Assembly: GCF_001194135.2 (NCBI RefSeq)
Contig: NC_068984.1
Coordinates: 21,624,800-21,688,799 of the forward strand
Source of the DNA: Octopus bimaculoides
Lineage: Eukaryota
Direction: 5' to 3'
DNA length: 64,000 nt
Part shown: piece by piece, positions 1-12,989 of the stretch
How positions within the stretch are numbered: the stretch's first letter is position 1
Layout of the letters: each line of letters opens with the position of its first letter
Program-made: the position numbers and the translations under genes
Notes under the pieces: model-generated
The model's database searches: none
The model's input: the letters and a program-made list of their open reading frames with translations, nothing else
Told to the model about the DNA's origin: nothing

Positions 1-359
1 ATATATATATATATATATATATATATATATNNNNNNNNNNTTATATATAAAACGAATGAGGAATTTTTCTGCGATATGGTTAGTGTTATCTTAAAATTGT
101 TCCTCTCTGTCTCTCTCTCTCTCTCTATATATATATATACTCATGTATGTGTACACATATGTATTTGTCTCTATCTGACTATCTATGGGCGCGCGCGCGC
201 GTGCGTGCGTGCGTGCGTGCGTGTGCGTGTGTGTGTGTGTGTGTACGTATTTTTCTGCGTGTATAAATATCTATCTATATATATATATATATACCTACCA
301 ACCTCGCTACTTATCTACATTCAGGCATAGATGCATACAAAGCATTCGTACAACGCGCG

Positions 360-405
<46 letters not shown>
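1..405. repeat. Compound microsatellites (TA, CT, GC/GT, CA)
   Basis: Visible dinucleotide and tetranucleotide runs; the ORFs here are repeat translations. Confidence 0.95.
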
Positions 406-406
<1 letters not shown>

Positions 407-544
407 CTGCTATCAAAGCTACTTTCAAACACAATTAGAATCTCGTTACACCAACACCAACACCAACACCGCTGCTTATTTGTTTCCCAATAATCAAGAG
501 ATTTTGGAAAACCCAATGCTCCCTCCCATTGCACGAATTAAACC

Positions 545-824
545 GCTCCAGCCCACGTTTTTTGCCATTATCCTCATGATCACCAGCGCCACCATATTCA
601 GTGACAGTTGATCATGGTCATCATCATTGACATCGTCGTCATCACCATCATCATCATAAGCATCGTTCTCATCATCTTTGTCATTATCTTCATCATTATC
701 GCGTCACATTCATTTTTGTCGACGTCATCCTCGTCTTCCTTCTTATTGTCGCTGTATCAACGCCTTCCAGTCACTCTCTTTCCAATCACTTGGTAACCTC
801 GCAACCAGCCAGCCAACCAACCAA

Positions 825-864
<40 letters not shown>

Positions 865-2400
865 ACCAACCAACCAAAACATATACCGCCACTTCACTGT
901 CATCGTTACCACCACCACCACCAACAACAACACTAATCAATGATCTTTGCTAATCACCTAACCAACCAGCAAAAAGCCAATGTTTCATCACTATCCCACC
1001 CCTGATACTGTTACAATTCCTACCCGTTCCACTCACCCGTATCTTTTAGTTTTACTTTATGTACCCGCCAATCTATCTTGGCTAAACCAAACAATCGGCA
1101 GTGATACCGCAGTCAACATTGTCAATGCCACCCCACCCCCCACCGGCAACAAATCGTTTTCGCGATTTTTACCGTTGTCATGGCGACCAAGACTACCCTC
1201 CCACCGCCACCACCATCATCAGTACTATCGACAATAATGTAACTACGATCATAGCTCCACCACTACCATTACTAGTAAACCCACCACTATTACCTCCACC
1301 CCAATATGCACCACTTCCGCCGCCCTCACTGACAATATGTTCTAACTCAATTTCCGCCATTATTAGCACCACTGCCACCATTAAGGACCACCAGCGCCAG
1401 CAGTTCCACCACCACTACCTCCAGCACTACCGCTGCCATCGTCACCACCACCGTCATCACCAACTGCACCGTCATCACCAACTGCTCTGTCATCACCTTA
1501 ACCAACACTAATAGCTACTATCATCAGTTCCACCATCAGATCATCACCACCGCAGCTCCATCGTTATCGTGAACACCACCACCGCCACTAATTATAATCG
1601 ATTACCTCTTCGCCGTGTGGAATGATATCCACCCGACGAACCAATCTAACCAATCACCAACGTCATCGCCATTATTCTTGTCACACCCATCATTATCATC
1701 ATCATTATCATCTTCATCATCATCATCATCATCATCTTCGCCTACAATCGTTACCTTCCCCTCTTACACCCAGCCTACACCGTTTACGTAATGACCTAAT
1801 CACACAAACCAATCATGCAGTCAGCCAGCCAACCAGACAACCAACCAACCAAACAGTTACCATCCGTCCAGCCAGCCAACCTGCTACCTACCATCAGCCA
1901 CCCAGCCAACCAACCAACCAGACAGGCAACCAGCCAGTACCATCGTCTAGTTAAGAGAGACTTTGACCTAGAAGTCCTTACCTGTATTGATCAGGCATTT
2001 CAAAACGTTTCTAAACGTTTCAACACTACTCCTCCTCCACCACCACCACCATCACCACCACCACCACCACCACCAACTCCTCCTCCTCCTCCTCCTCCCA
2101 CCGTCCACACTTACCCACACAGCCATCAATGGATCTTGCACGCTTTTCTTTGTTTATATTTTCTGTCTTTATCGTCTGCCAACGCCCCTCTCTCTTCCTC
2201 TCTGTCTCTCTCCATGTCTCTCTCTATCTCGATCTCTCCCTCCTTCCATCTTTCCCCCGTCTCTCTCTCTCTGTGTCTCCCTCGCTCCACCTTTCCAGCT
2301 CTCTTTCTCTACCTCTCTCTGTATCTCTACCTCTCTCCGTATCTCTCTATTACTATCTACCTATCCTCTACCAACCACCAATAACCAATCGCCTTCCACC
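545..2400. repeat. Low-complexity field of CAT/CAC/CCAG/CCAA/CCT/CT repeats
   Basis: Degenerate tri- and tetranucleotide arrays; overlapping His/Pro/Thr-rich ORFs in several frames are typical repeat artefacts. Confidence 0.85.
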
Positions 2401-2733
2401 TTTCATTCTCAACCAGCATTCGCAACAATCCCATCACTAGCAACAACACTTATCCTTCCCCTGCCTATTATTTTGCTTTCCGACCTCTTTATTATCTCTC
2501 TTTCAAGAAATGAGTTTTTTTAAAAAAGTTTTCGCTTAATGATTTTCTCCATCAATGTATTTCTTGAAATTTTATTACTTATTTCAGTGATTATACTGCA
2601 GTTATACTGGGGCACCACCTTGAAGAATTTTAGACGAACAAATCAACCCAAGACTTGTTTGTTTTTTGTTCTTTACAATCGGAATTCTCTTTGGCCGAAC
2701 CGCTACGTAAACAAACTACATAAAACACTACGT

Positions 2734-2789
<56 letters not shown>

Positions 2790-2842
2790 ACACACACACG
2801 TAATATGGGTTTCCACTCAGTTTCCGTTTACCAGATGCACTG

Positions 2843-2955
2843 ACAAGGCATAAATCGGTCTGGGGCTGTAATAGAACTCACTTGTCCAAAGCGTAGGATC
2901 GAACTCAAAACCTCGTGGTTGCAAAGTGAATTTCTTAACCACACACCCATGCCTG
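2843..2955 (-). mobile_element. SINE family 1, 5' head fragment
   Basis: Similar to the head of the copies at 43707-44112 and 16491-16866 (B-box-like GAGTTCGATCC on the minus strand). Confidence 0.6.
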
Positions 2956-3019
2956 TACACAAACACATACACACGCACACACACACACACACATACACCC
3001 ACACACACAGAGATTTACA

Positions 3020-3177
3020 CATGTGTACGACGGGTTTCTTTCAGTTTCTATATATCAAATCCACTCACAAGGCTTTAGTTGACCTGGGGCTATTGTTGAA
3101 GAGACTTGCCCAAGATGCTACGCAATGGGACTGAACCCAGAACTATGTGGCTGGTAAGAAAACTTCTTACTATACAA

Positions 3178-3182
<5 letters not shown>
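3020..3182 (-). mobile_element. SINE family 1, 5' half (tRNA-derived head plus CORE-like domain)
   Basis: aaatccactcacaaggcttt...acttgcccaagatgc...gggactgaaccc matches 43985-44075. Confidence 0.8.
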
Positions 3183-3253
<71 letters not shown>

Positions 3254-4011
3254 CTTAGAGTAGCGGAGTTTTCCTCTGATAGTCGTAGTGTCTAGTGACA
3301 TTATTTCGCGTCCTGTGTTCTGGACGGGAAATGATGAAATTAGAAACTGCAAGTGTTATCTTAACGTTTTGTCTTTCTGGGGCTTATGAAATAAGCGTCA
3401 GTGGTCGATAGAATAAACAGTTGTCTCCCTTTCGAGTGAAAGTACCGTCTTTGAGGCTTTGTGTCTCTTGTATATAGAGAGATGATTGAATTGACTGTAC
3501 TTCTAAACTTGTGACCTTGTGCCCTAATATGAAAATCAATAATGGAAGGGATGAAACATTTAAAGAGAAGAAAGGAAAGGAACCAATACATCATTGGAAC
3601 AAACAAGAAAAAAAATTAAATTATTACAAAGCGGTAACCCCCCCCCGGCAAAAACAACAAAAGCTCTCACCTAACTCCGACAAAGAGCAAACAGAAATTA
3701 AATACAAAAGAAAAAATATAATTGCACGAAATAAAGAAATAAATAATATAAATAAGAATTAAGTTGAATGAAGTATTTGTGTAATTAGGAAAAAAATTAA
3801 ATAACATCTCAGAAATATGATGAAAAAATAATTTAAAAGATTTTGAAGGAAAAAAAATAATGATTTCATTTATTGGCAGAAGACCAAGGCATTTACTAGG
3901 CATGCAGTATAGTTGTATTGAAATGGACCTCAGTGGATATCTGGTCGAAATAAAAAAGAAAAGGAAAATGTTTTCCGTCAGTTTCGACGATCAGAAATCA
4001 GTTATTCTTTT

Positions 4012-4380
4012 ATTATTTTACTTGTTTCAGTTATTTTGATTGCGGCCATGCTGGAGTACCACCTTAAGTGAAAGCAGCGTCAGCTGAATTACCTGTTCAA
4101 TGAACTAGCGTGTTAGCGGCTGAATACTCCATAGACACGTGTATCACTCAACGTAATTCTCCGGCAGAATCAGTATGACACAGTGTATGTGTGTGAGAAA
4201 GTTCTCTCTTTGAATTCCAAGCGGAATCTAATCAACGGGTTTCCGTCTACTTAATTTCATTCATTGCACTGAGCCGAAGCGAGACTAAAAGACCCTTGTC
4301 CAAGATGCTACGTAGTGAGAACGAATCCGGGCCGGGACCTTGTGATTGCGAAGCGAGCTTTTTAACTATTCCAGCCATTC
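4012..4380 (-). mobile_element. SINE family 1-related variant with a different middle region
   Basis: Shares the 3' tail ttttacttgtttcag...gcggccatgctggag and the CORE-like cttgtccaagatgctacgtagtg with family 1. Confidence 0.65.
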
Positions 4381-5511
4381 TACTTCTACAGATTTCTGGT
4401 AATAGTACACGCTAGTGACAGATTATACGTCCACTGGATTTGTACCAACCTCAATACGTTACTCATATTTATGTTACCAATTTCGAAGGATAAACAAAGT
4501 GGATCTCCGAGAGAGATCTGAATTCCGACTTTAGAGAGATGGAATTAAATACTGAAAGTCATCTAGTTAATTTAGTCAGATACTCTACAGTATCTCCCAA
4601 CCAAGCACACACTTCAGAGGGAAATAATGTTTTCTCATATTCACACATTATATAGAAGGATACAACTGATTCAGCCAATTCCCAATCGTTCTCTGCATAA
4701 TTCTGGTAAAAAGAAAAAATGCCTCAGAATCTGAGAAAGTTGGGTAGCAGTATGCGTCGGTAAACATTACACAATGAAGCTCATGATTAAATAACTTTGT
4801 ATGATGTAGGCATGAGATGAATCTGTAGTTTCAGGATTGATACTTCATGTAGGAGAGAAATAAATTTTCAATTGAAATTTTTTCAGCATATTACTTATGG
4901 GAACTTATTTCATCAACCTTGGAAGGATGAAAAAGCGAATTGAACCTCGGTGGGATTTGCACTACTGGAATAAGGGACATAATTTACTGCAAGGCAAGCA
5001 AGTATAATCCACCACTTCACAGATTACTGTCAACTCCATGATCTTTTTATGTTAAAGCAATAAACGTTGAGACGTAGATAAAAATAACATTTTCTTCCAT
5101 TGTTACAAGTAGTATTTTCTTAATTTCCGCTATAATTTACTTATCTAGACACACTCCTGTTGCTATTATTTTAAATTCATTTAACAATATTTTATACGTG
5201 ACTGCCAAAAAAGAATATGCCGAAGTAACATATGACACCATGCTAATAACACGCTCTCGGATAGGCCCACACCAACGTAATGAAAAATACAACGTGCAAC
5301 GAATGACCCACCATCATAGAAAAGAAGAAAAAAATCCTATCCACAACACATATAAATACTCCCAGATTCTTCATTGTTGTCTCCATCACTACAAATAACA
5401 AGAATAATTTTTAAAATTGCACACTTTAAATTTCGGACTTTCGACCAAGAATGAAATTAGTAGTAGTTACATACCTCTCTCTCTCTCTCTCTTGCACGCT
5501 CTCCATCCACC

Positions 5512-5546
<35 letters not shown>

Positions 5547-5829
5547 TCAGTAAATAGTGGGGTTGTGTTAACCGCACGTGGAGAAATAATAGGAAAATGA
5601 AAAAAAGCCAGAATGCTGAACTGGGAGCATAATTTAATAAAGATTTTTTCTAACCGGTTTTCATTGCGATGAAGCAAATTATCAAGAAGAAGGAGAATGA
5701 AAATGTTTTTTTACAAAGAAGTACAAAAAAGTACAAATATTATTTTCTTCATTTTGTACTTTTTTGAAAACCGGTTAGAAAAAATCTTTATTAAATTATG
5801 CTCCNNNNNNNNNNNNNNNNNNNNNNNNN

Positions 5830-5867
<38 letters not shown>

Positions 5868-6424
5868 TGTGAGTTTAGAGAGATATATTAGCCGGGCGGA
5901 TACCGTGGCGTGGTAGCTCCCAGTTATGTTCTAGGACACGGTTAACCCATGGATCAATATTTTCTGTCTATGACTACTAGGTGTATATAAGCAAATCTAG
6001 GACAACAAAAATCAGTAGGATGAACACAGTGAATATATTAGATCGACACTCAGTGAAAGTTTTAGATGGGAAAATATGAGTAGAAATGACGCTACAAGCA
6101 TGGTACTTAGTCGGATAGACGTAAAGGTCCAGGGAAGTGGAAAAGAAAGAGATAGTCCAGAGAAAAGCAAGTGTGTCATTACATGGTCAATGTGTATGTA
6201 TGTATGCATTTATTTTCGTCTGTCCGTGTGTGTGTGTGTGTGTTGTAGTAAAACAGAGTATGAGGTCAACAAATAGGTATTTTACCAATCCTGACAAAAA
6301 CGGAAAGCAAGGCGATTTCACTAAATGTAGAGCGTTTCTAAGTTCGGAACTGCAATTTATACAACGTCCACATTCAAGAGGAACTGTTACCAACAAAAAT
6401 CAGAGGCTCTACTACAAGGTCACT

Positions 6425-6600
6425 AGAACTACTAGTAATAAAAGTAAAATTTCTCTTAAATCATACCGATAGTCTTCAAGAAAGGAAGGATACATTGGAT
6501 AATGTACTTCGTGATATACGGAAAGACGAGATGTTCCCAAGTTGAAGCTTTTACTCAGAGGTGGTGTCGAATCGACCTCGTTTAAGCAACGACAACAAGG
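6425..6600 (+). mobile_element. Old CAA-tailed SINE-like repeat (family 4); further copies near 8850-9015, 19130-19400, 19800-19940, 43080-43460, 46020-46200, 61630-61835 (+) and 23820-23915, 51375-51540 (-)
   Basis: Recurrent diverged motifs ctagaaatagca..ccaaat, ggataatgta, tttgatcat..gtct and gacct.gg.ctaaacaacaa. Confidence 0.55.
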
Positions 6601-6939
6601 GAAATGAAAAGCGGCAAGAACTAAAGTAAATTACAAAAACAACTACACATAATGATACAATGTGCAAATACTCTGTACATATCCAACCCTAGCACCACCA
6701 CTATTACCAACCACAAACACCAACACTACCTTATTAATATCATCGTAAATATAATAACTAAAACAACAATAATGTTGCTGTAAACGTCAGCAATAATTGT
6801 GGTGACATCAATAACTGTGTGTTATGAAATGAAACAGCACCTGCGCTTCGTACAATGCTTTTGTATCTCACTGATAGGTCTTCAGTCGAAGCACAACTGA
6901 AAATCTTTGAGCAACAACAGTAACAGCTACGATGCACAT

Positions 6940-6963
6940 GACAACGACGACGACAGCCACCAC

Positions 6964-6998
<35 letters not shown>

Positions 6999-7339
6999 GC
7001 AACAGCAGCAGCAGCAGCAGCACCATCATCGCCATCGCCATCACGACAGCAACAACAGCAAGAGGCATAATACTCACGGCGATGACGACGACGACGACGA
7101 CGACGACAACCACCACCACCACCACCACNNNNNNNNNNNNNNNNNNNNNNNNNNNNNNNNNNNNNNNNNNNNNNNNNNNNNNNNNNNNNNNNNNNNNNNN
7201 NNNNNNNNNNNNNNNNNNNNNNNGACCACCACCACCACCACCACCACTACCACCATCCACTACTACTACAACCACAACAGCCAAAATATCCACAATGATG
7301 ACCCCCCCCCATCTCCACCACGACTTCAACGACAACAGT

Positions 7340-7370
<31 letters not shown>

Positions 7371-7380
7371 AAACCAGTTG
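6940..7380. repeat. Compound trinucleotide array (CAT, CAG, GAC, CAC, AAC) with gap
   Basis: Directly visible; poly-H/Q/D/T ORFs are artefacts. Confidence 0.9.
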
Positions 7381-7771
7381 CAGAAGCAGTAAGGTTAAAT
7401 GTGAATAAATAATTATAGAATTATAAATCTGAGATGCTTTGTTTCCGTTTGTAAAGGCTGTTTCTTTGTTGGGTGCTCTTCGAGTTCTCCCTTATATTTC
7501 TTACATTTTATAATTTCACTTTTATTTTTCATACAATTTTCTCTACTAGATTTGCCACGTCTTTTATATTTACATTTGCCTTTATATTTTCACATTTAGC
7601 CTCTTCTCAGTGGTTTATTCATTCCTTGCCGACCCAGGAATGCATTTCACAAAACAGCTGCTGCACGGCAGCCATTTTATAGAGTTAGTTTTATATGTTA
7701 GCATCGGACATCCTTCTTTTCATACCCCACTCACTCACTTCATCTCTGTCTCTCTCTCTCTCTCTCCCCCC

Positions 7772-7835
<64 letters not shown>

Positions 7836-7859
7836 GTCTGTCTGTCTGTCTATTGTAGG

Positions 7860-8090
7860 AGTGGAAGTGTGTCTAGATTAGAGGTTAGGGTGTTACACTC
7901 ATGATCGTAAGATTGTGGTTTCGATTCCTAGACCGGGCGATACGTGGTGTTCCTGATCAAAATACTTCCTTTTATGTTGCTCCAGTCTACTGAGCTGGCA
8001 AAAATAAATAACCCTGCGACGGACCGGCGTCATCTCTGGCGGCAGGGGAAACCGGCCTTATGAGCCTATAGATCGGTAAGGACCTTTGAT
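7860..8090 (+). mobile_element. SINE family 3 (tRNA-derived head, CORE-like middle)
   Basis: ggttagggtgtt..actcatgatcgtaag..gtggtttcgattcc head, then gttgctccagtc.act.agctggcaaaaat; reverse copies at 28015-28140, 41100-41256, 41425-41580, 60195-60330. Confidence 0.8.
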
Positions 8091-8289
8091 CCTTCTTTTT
8101 CCGATCCATTGTAGGAATATATATTCTCATGAACGAACATATGGCCATGGAAGCATCGAAAGCTCTGTTGTTAAGAACCTGCCCTCATAATCATATCATT
8201 TTTGCGTTCTACCTAAACCTTGTGAGGGAAACTGGGCTGATGGAAACTGTACGGAATCCCATTGGACCACACATAGTTTTGTTCGGGAG

Positions 8290-8600
8290 AATTAGTCTAT
8301 CGCCCGGTTTAAAGCTACCACATGACCCACAGATAATCTATTGTAATTATTCAGACCAGGTTTCTGGCCCCACAGTTCAATATTTCTTATAGCACTACAC
8401 AAATTGTCCTTTCCTCACCCACACCACTCACCCAATTACATTTAAAGATCTACAGAGATATATTAACTCACAATTACAAGCCAATGCAGAAACTTTGAAT
8501 TTAACAGTACTGTTACAGTCTACAATGGTAAATCGTTGTTTAAGACTAGATCTGCTCTGGTCCAGTAGACATCTGATTAACGCCGGTGTTCCAGTTGACT
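8290..8600 (+). mobile_element. Very decayed non-LTR reverse transcriptase relic
   Basis: Translations LFRPGFWP, LQRYINSQL and SSRHLINAGVP resemble CR1/Jockey-group RT motifs, with stops and deletions. Confidence 0.3.
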
Positions 8601-10371
8601 ATTTTGTCTGATTTTCAAACAGTTTAATTTATGTCATTATTCACTGTTCTGTTTTTTTTTTGTCTCTATTTATGGCATTATTCACTGTTCTGTTTTTTTT
8701 TTGTCTGTAATATCTATTCACAGCTTTGTCGACTAGACCACACCTGACACACATCTAAATATACAAGTCCAGTGAACTTTAATCTAAAGTATTCTATGTT
8801 CTTTCTTTGCATAAAAGGTGAACCAAGAATCATTCCATCTATTAAAAATATTTGTTAAATCTTCCTCAAACCACACTCCATTGTCTTAAAAACGGAAAGG
8901 ACATATTAAATGATTTTAGTCTTTAATACACCTAAAATGATAGGATACATAAAGTTGTAAAGCCTTTGAACATAAGTCTACTCGATCATTGTTGATGTGG
9001 TGCTAAACAGCAATTACAATACATAAAGGATTCAGGGAAGATGTTAGAAGGTCAACTGATCCTCATAAAACACAAAATTATTACCGAAACTAACGACACG
9101 ATATGTTTCAGGTAAGCATGCCTTACAAGATGTTTGTTGCTGGATGTCATAATACTTTGCATAGTAAACATTGTCATAAAGTTTTACTGCATTTATTCAT
9201 ACCACACAGCCGAAATTATAAAATCAAACGTCATTTGACGGACATTAATATCACCTTTTTTTATCGTTTTGTTAGGAAAGAAAGCAGTGCTCATGACACT
9301 TTATAGGGTTTTCAAGAACGGTAGGAGGGAAGGAGAAAGATATCCGCAAACCTAAGATAAGACCCGAAAGCTTGCAACAAAAAGGACTCCACTAAAAGTA
9401 CCCAATGTGCCAGAGATTCGCGGTGTCAAACCGAGTGACGGAGGATTAAATCGACCGCAGAAAAAAGGCTATAACAGGATTTTAACAAAGAGTTTCTTTG
9501 AATTCTTTGCGAAACAAATTCCGCAATGCATCTGGTCCGGCGTTCTTGCAGCTGCACCAATCCACCGTCCTGGATGGAAACTCTTTTTTATCGATCACGA
9601 AAGGATGGAAGGCAAAGTTAATCTCAGAAATACTGACTTGAACTAACCTAAACACCAATTAATGGACAGTTTTGATATGAAACATCCAACAACTGATAAC
9701 TTACGTGGGACTGATAGAATACAAAATTAAAAAGGCCAGGTTAGCGTAAATATATGAAGATTTGATCCAGTAGCAAGTTGTATATTCTATTACACAATCA
9801 ATTGTTTCCTTGTCTACACTGTGATATATCTCGAAAATATATTCATGCACCATAGAAACATCTATTTTAAAAAGAAACATTATTTCTGCAACAATAATCT
9901 CACAAACGGCTGGCGATTTAGTAGTGAATCAAAATGTCCGAGGTCCTGTACATTTTTTTTTATTGATTCCCAGTTTAAAGAAATCCGATCTTACCTAGGA
10001 TTCAATTAAACGAAACTATAGTTTCGTTATTAATGGGATATCGGGTAAGCATACTTGAAATATGTCACGGACATATGACATTACACTTATCGATATATCA
10101 AATGTCTAGAAACGAAGGGGAAAGAAGAATAAAATATAGTAAAACGAGAGAAAAAGTTGAACAATTAATTACATTTGGATTGTGTGTTTTTATCTTAGAA
10201 AATTGCATCTGAAGTTCAATAAATCTGAATGGCTTTTCTTTTCTGTCTTTTCTACTGTTCTCCTTTCTACTTCTTTCCTCTCTTAGTCTGTCTCTTTCTG
10301 TCAACGAGAATACACAGACCAGCGTATATGTGGTCTCATGTGCATATAAATATTCACGCACACGCACACAC

Positions 10372-10403
<32 letters not shown>

Positions 10404-10699
10404 NNNNNNNNNNNNNNNNNNNNNNNNNNNNNNNNNNNNNNNNNNNNNNNNNNNNNNNNNNNNNNNNNNNNNNNNNNNNNNNNNNNNNNNNNNNNNNNNN
10501 NNNATATATACACACACATATATAGTTATATGTTTTGATGAATTTATAGAGTTGCAGAATATCGCTAATGCATTACTGTTGATAATTAATCTAATTGATT
10601 ATTTCTTTCTATTTTTTAAAAAATAATTCTATTTCCTACTAATTGAAATCCTATTTGTAGTTCTTAGCATATATAACTAGATAGAAACATTAAATAAGT

Positions 10700-11800
10700 G
10701 TCGAATTGTGTTATCAATGTATATTTGTTTATTCAGCAAGGCAAGAGGTTACAGTGTAATAACAATGACGGATTCTGTAAGGTATCTTCTCTGATTACCT
10801 TTAATTATAACAAATATTTCAATAGACTTATTTTATCAAAGTATTTTCATTTGTTTTCTTTCTTGTTCTTTAACCGCAGATCACTCAAGTCGAGTATATC
10901 TTTGATATCTTTGATCAAAGCCGTTCCATCTTTGGTTATCAAGCTTTTTTTTAAATATATCTTTGACTACTGTATACTTATCACATATAAACACTTAAAG
11001 TACGCAAAATAGTGAATTCAGTTCTTCGAAGATATTAGATTTGATATGTATATAAACAGACTGGTTACTTGTTTCTCTGGGATTGATCATGTGACATTTC
11101 TCAAGAGACCCCACCATGGGTCGAAAACTGATGAAGGCTGTTCACCATTTTTTAAAATCTACCGAGAAATAGGTAAACTAGACATATTTGTATGCCTACT
11201 ATGTAGGTTTAAATATATCACCATATATTTTGATACTGTCTGAACTGGGTTCCCCGTTGACAGGCCTCTGACGTATTAAATAATGAATTAATCATTTATA
11301 ATACATAAGTTAATAACTCTTACTTTTCTGAAGCTAATAGATTTCATGTGTATATAAACGTTTGGCTGATTATTTCTCCAAGATTGGTCAAGTGATGTGG
11401 GCACCCCTGATGAGACCGCAATAAGTGGCAAAAATTGATTGTTTTAATTTACTAAGAAATAAATTTGATATGTTTCTATGCCTACTTTTTAGGCTAACGT
11501 GTATCTTAAAATGATAGTTTTTTTTAAACCTAGATTTAGCTTATCTTTATAGACTCCATCATTGGATATTAAATTTCGCCAAGTGAGAGCTCTAATAAAT
11601 CGACCATAGTAGAGTATAGTTAGATGTTTGGGAAAGATCGTGTATGTCTGGCTAATGTAGTAATTGTTATGTAAATTCTTCTTATATTTTTTTAATTTGG
11701 CTTCTGTTATATTTAATTACTTAGTAAGTTAGATTGGGTTATTTATACCGAACGTCAAGGTTAGTTGGTGTTACACAATATAGACTCTACAAAACCTTGT
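10700..11800. mobile_element. Probable Penelope-like remnant with two diverged pseudo-LTR-like units and HHR-like motifs
   Basis: Two ~300 bp related units (TATATAAAC at 11049 and 11351; TATGCCTACT at 11191 and 11477); HHR-like cores at 11100 and 11407; minus-strand YKKNLHNNYYISQTYTIFPKHL weakly resembles a PLE ORF N-terminus. Confidence 0.45.
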
Positions 11801-12599
11801 GCTATCTATTTTCTGTAATTAAACGAGTACCATATCCTCGGGTCGACCAAAGCAACATGAAAAAATGTGGTTCTTGACAGGTTATTCGTTAGAGAAATTA
11901 TGACAAATAACCTGTCAGAGCTACTATTCCTGTTCCTGTGTGGCAGAATTAATCTATCTTGTGGCTTAACACTGTCACTTGACACCAGAGTGACTCTAGG
12001 CAAGTCTATTTTGTTTATTTATTTTAAAATTGGTTCTTTCTATTTGCACACACACACACACACACACACTATCCTCCTCTCTCTCACACACGCACTCTCT
12101 CCCAGACAACACATACACACGTCAAGTTATAATAAAACCAATTTAACATTAAGCTGAAGTATTACTCACCACACTCAGACGAAGGCTGGCAGACCGGAAC
12201 TTCGCAGTCACTGTGATCCTACCCCTTCTCGTAAACGCTTGACACATAAACTACATTAGTAACAATCAAATCCCCACCAGCTGCGACAGTATTGAGGCTA
12301 TTAAACATCGCTAGGGTCCAATCTTTGTTTCATACAATTAGTTGTAATTTACAAGATTTGCGTGCTTGTGTGAAGTGATTACATTTAGGGTTTTCTTTGC
12401 AGCTCATTCGTTGAACGTTTTTCATCTTCATGTTAAAAATAATGGAATCGGTTTACGTAAGCAAGAACAAGAACAAGAACAAGAGTAGCAGCAGCAACAA
12501 CATAAAAACCCAAATGAATGATATATGATTCCAAGTTTCTATCATTTGGAATGCTGTTAGTAATTTTTTATTTGGTTTATATTAGGCCAAGTCTTGATA

Positions 12600-12988
12600 A
12601 TGTATTTCTTAAGGTACATTATTTACATTTGATGGATGTTTGTCCTCATCTTGTTATTTTGTGTGTAATGGATCCTCTCAAGGACGCGGGCATGTCCTGC
12701 CCTTTCCGCTACTCTTCTAGCTTTATATGAATCCACTGGTGTCATTATATTCAAGCCAGGTAATATTAACTTTGAGTCTCTACATCTACACAGGAAAGTT
12801 AGATGGTTTGAAAGACGAGCTAGTTTTTGATGGAGTTTCCCTATATGTCTCAATTGAAGTCTAATGTCGGCTCCGTACCGACTAGATAATACAGTTCTAT
12901 ATTTAAGAGATGAGGAATTATGTACATTATTTACTTTATATACATTTGACGGAAAAAAAACAAGATGAGGACAAATATCCGTCAAATG
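12600..12988 (-). mobile_element. Penelope-like element ORF N-terminal fragment with direct and inverted terminal duplications
   Basis: Minus-strand KLHQKLARLSNHLTFLCRCRDSKLILPGL fits the PLE N-terminal K-L..NH..FL.RC....P.GL pattern; the motif aacaagatgaggacaaa.atcc.tcaaatg occurs at 12626-12655 (-) and 12959-12988 (+). Confidence 0.65.
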
Positions 12989-12989
12989 G

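Noticed and set aside
188-242. Alternating purine-pyrimidine (Z-DNA-prone) tracts, also 26343-26393, and long GA tracts (triplex-prone)
   Set aside because: Ubiquitous in this window with no positional association to any feature.
76-2523. Many overlapping ORFs rich in His, Pro, Thr, Val-Cys or Ser-Leu
   Set aside because: They are translations of simple repeats, open in several frames at once, with no domain signature; the same applies to most ORFs in the track.
8628-8706. ~40 bp tandem duplication
   Set aside because: An ordinary slippage duplication ending in poly-T, with no spacer structure; not CRISPR-like.
12170-12215. Hammerhead-like CAGACGA-AGG...CC-GGAAC
   Set aside because: Both core strands are mutated and stems I and III are unconvincing; only counted as a weak possibility.
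12402-12455. Possible 54 nt cassette exon (ttttctttgcag ... GTAAGC); similar cases near 9040-9110, 18258-18282 and 24439-24507
   Set aside because: Splice-like signals are frequent by chance in AT-rich DNA; the peptides are unrecognisable and form no consistent gene model.
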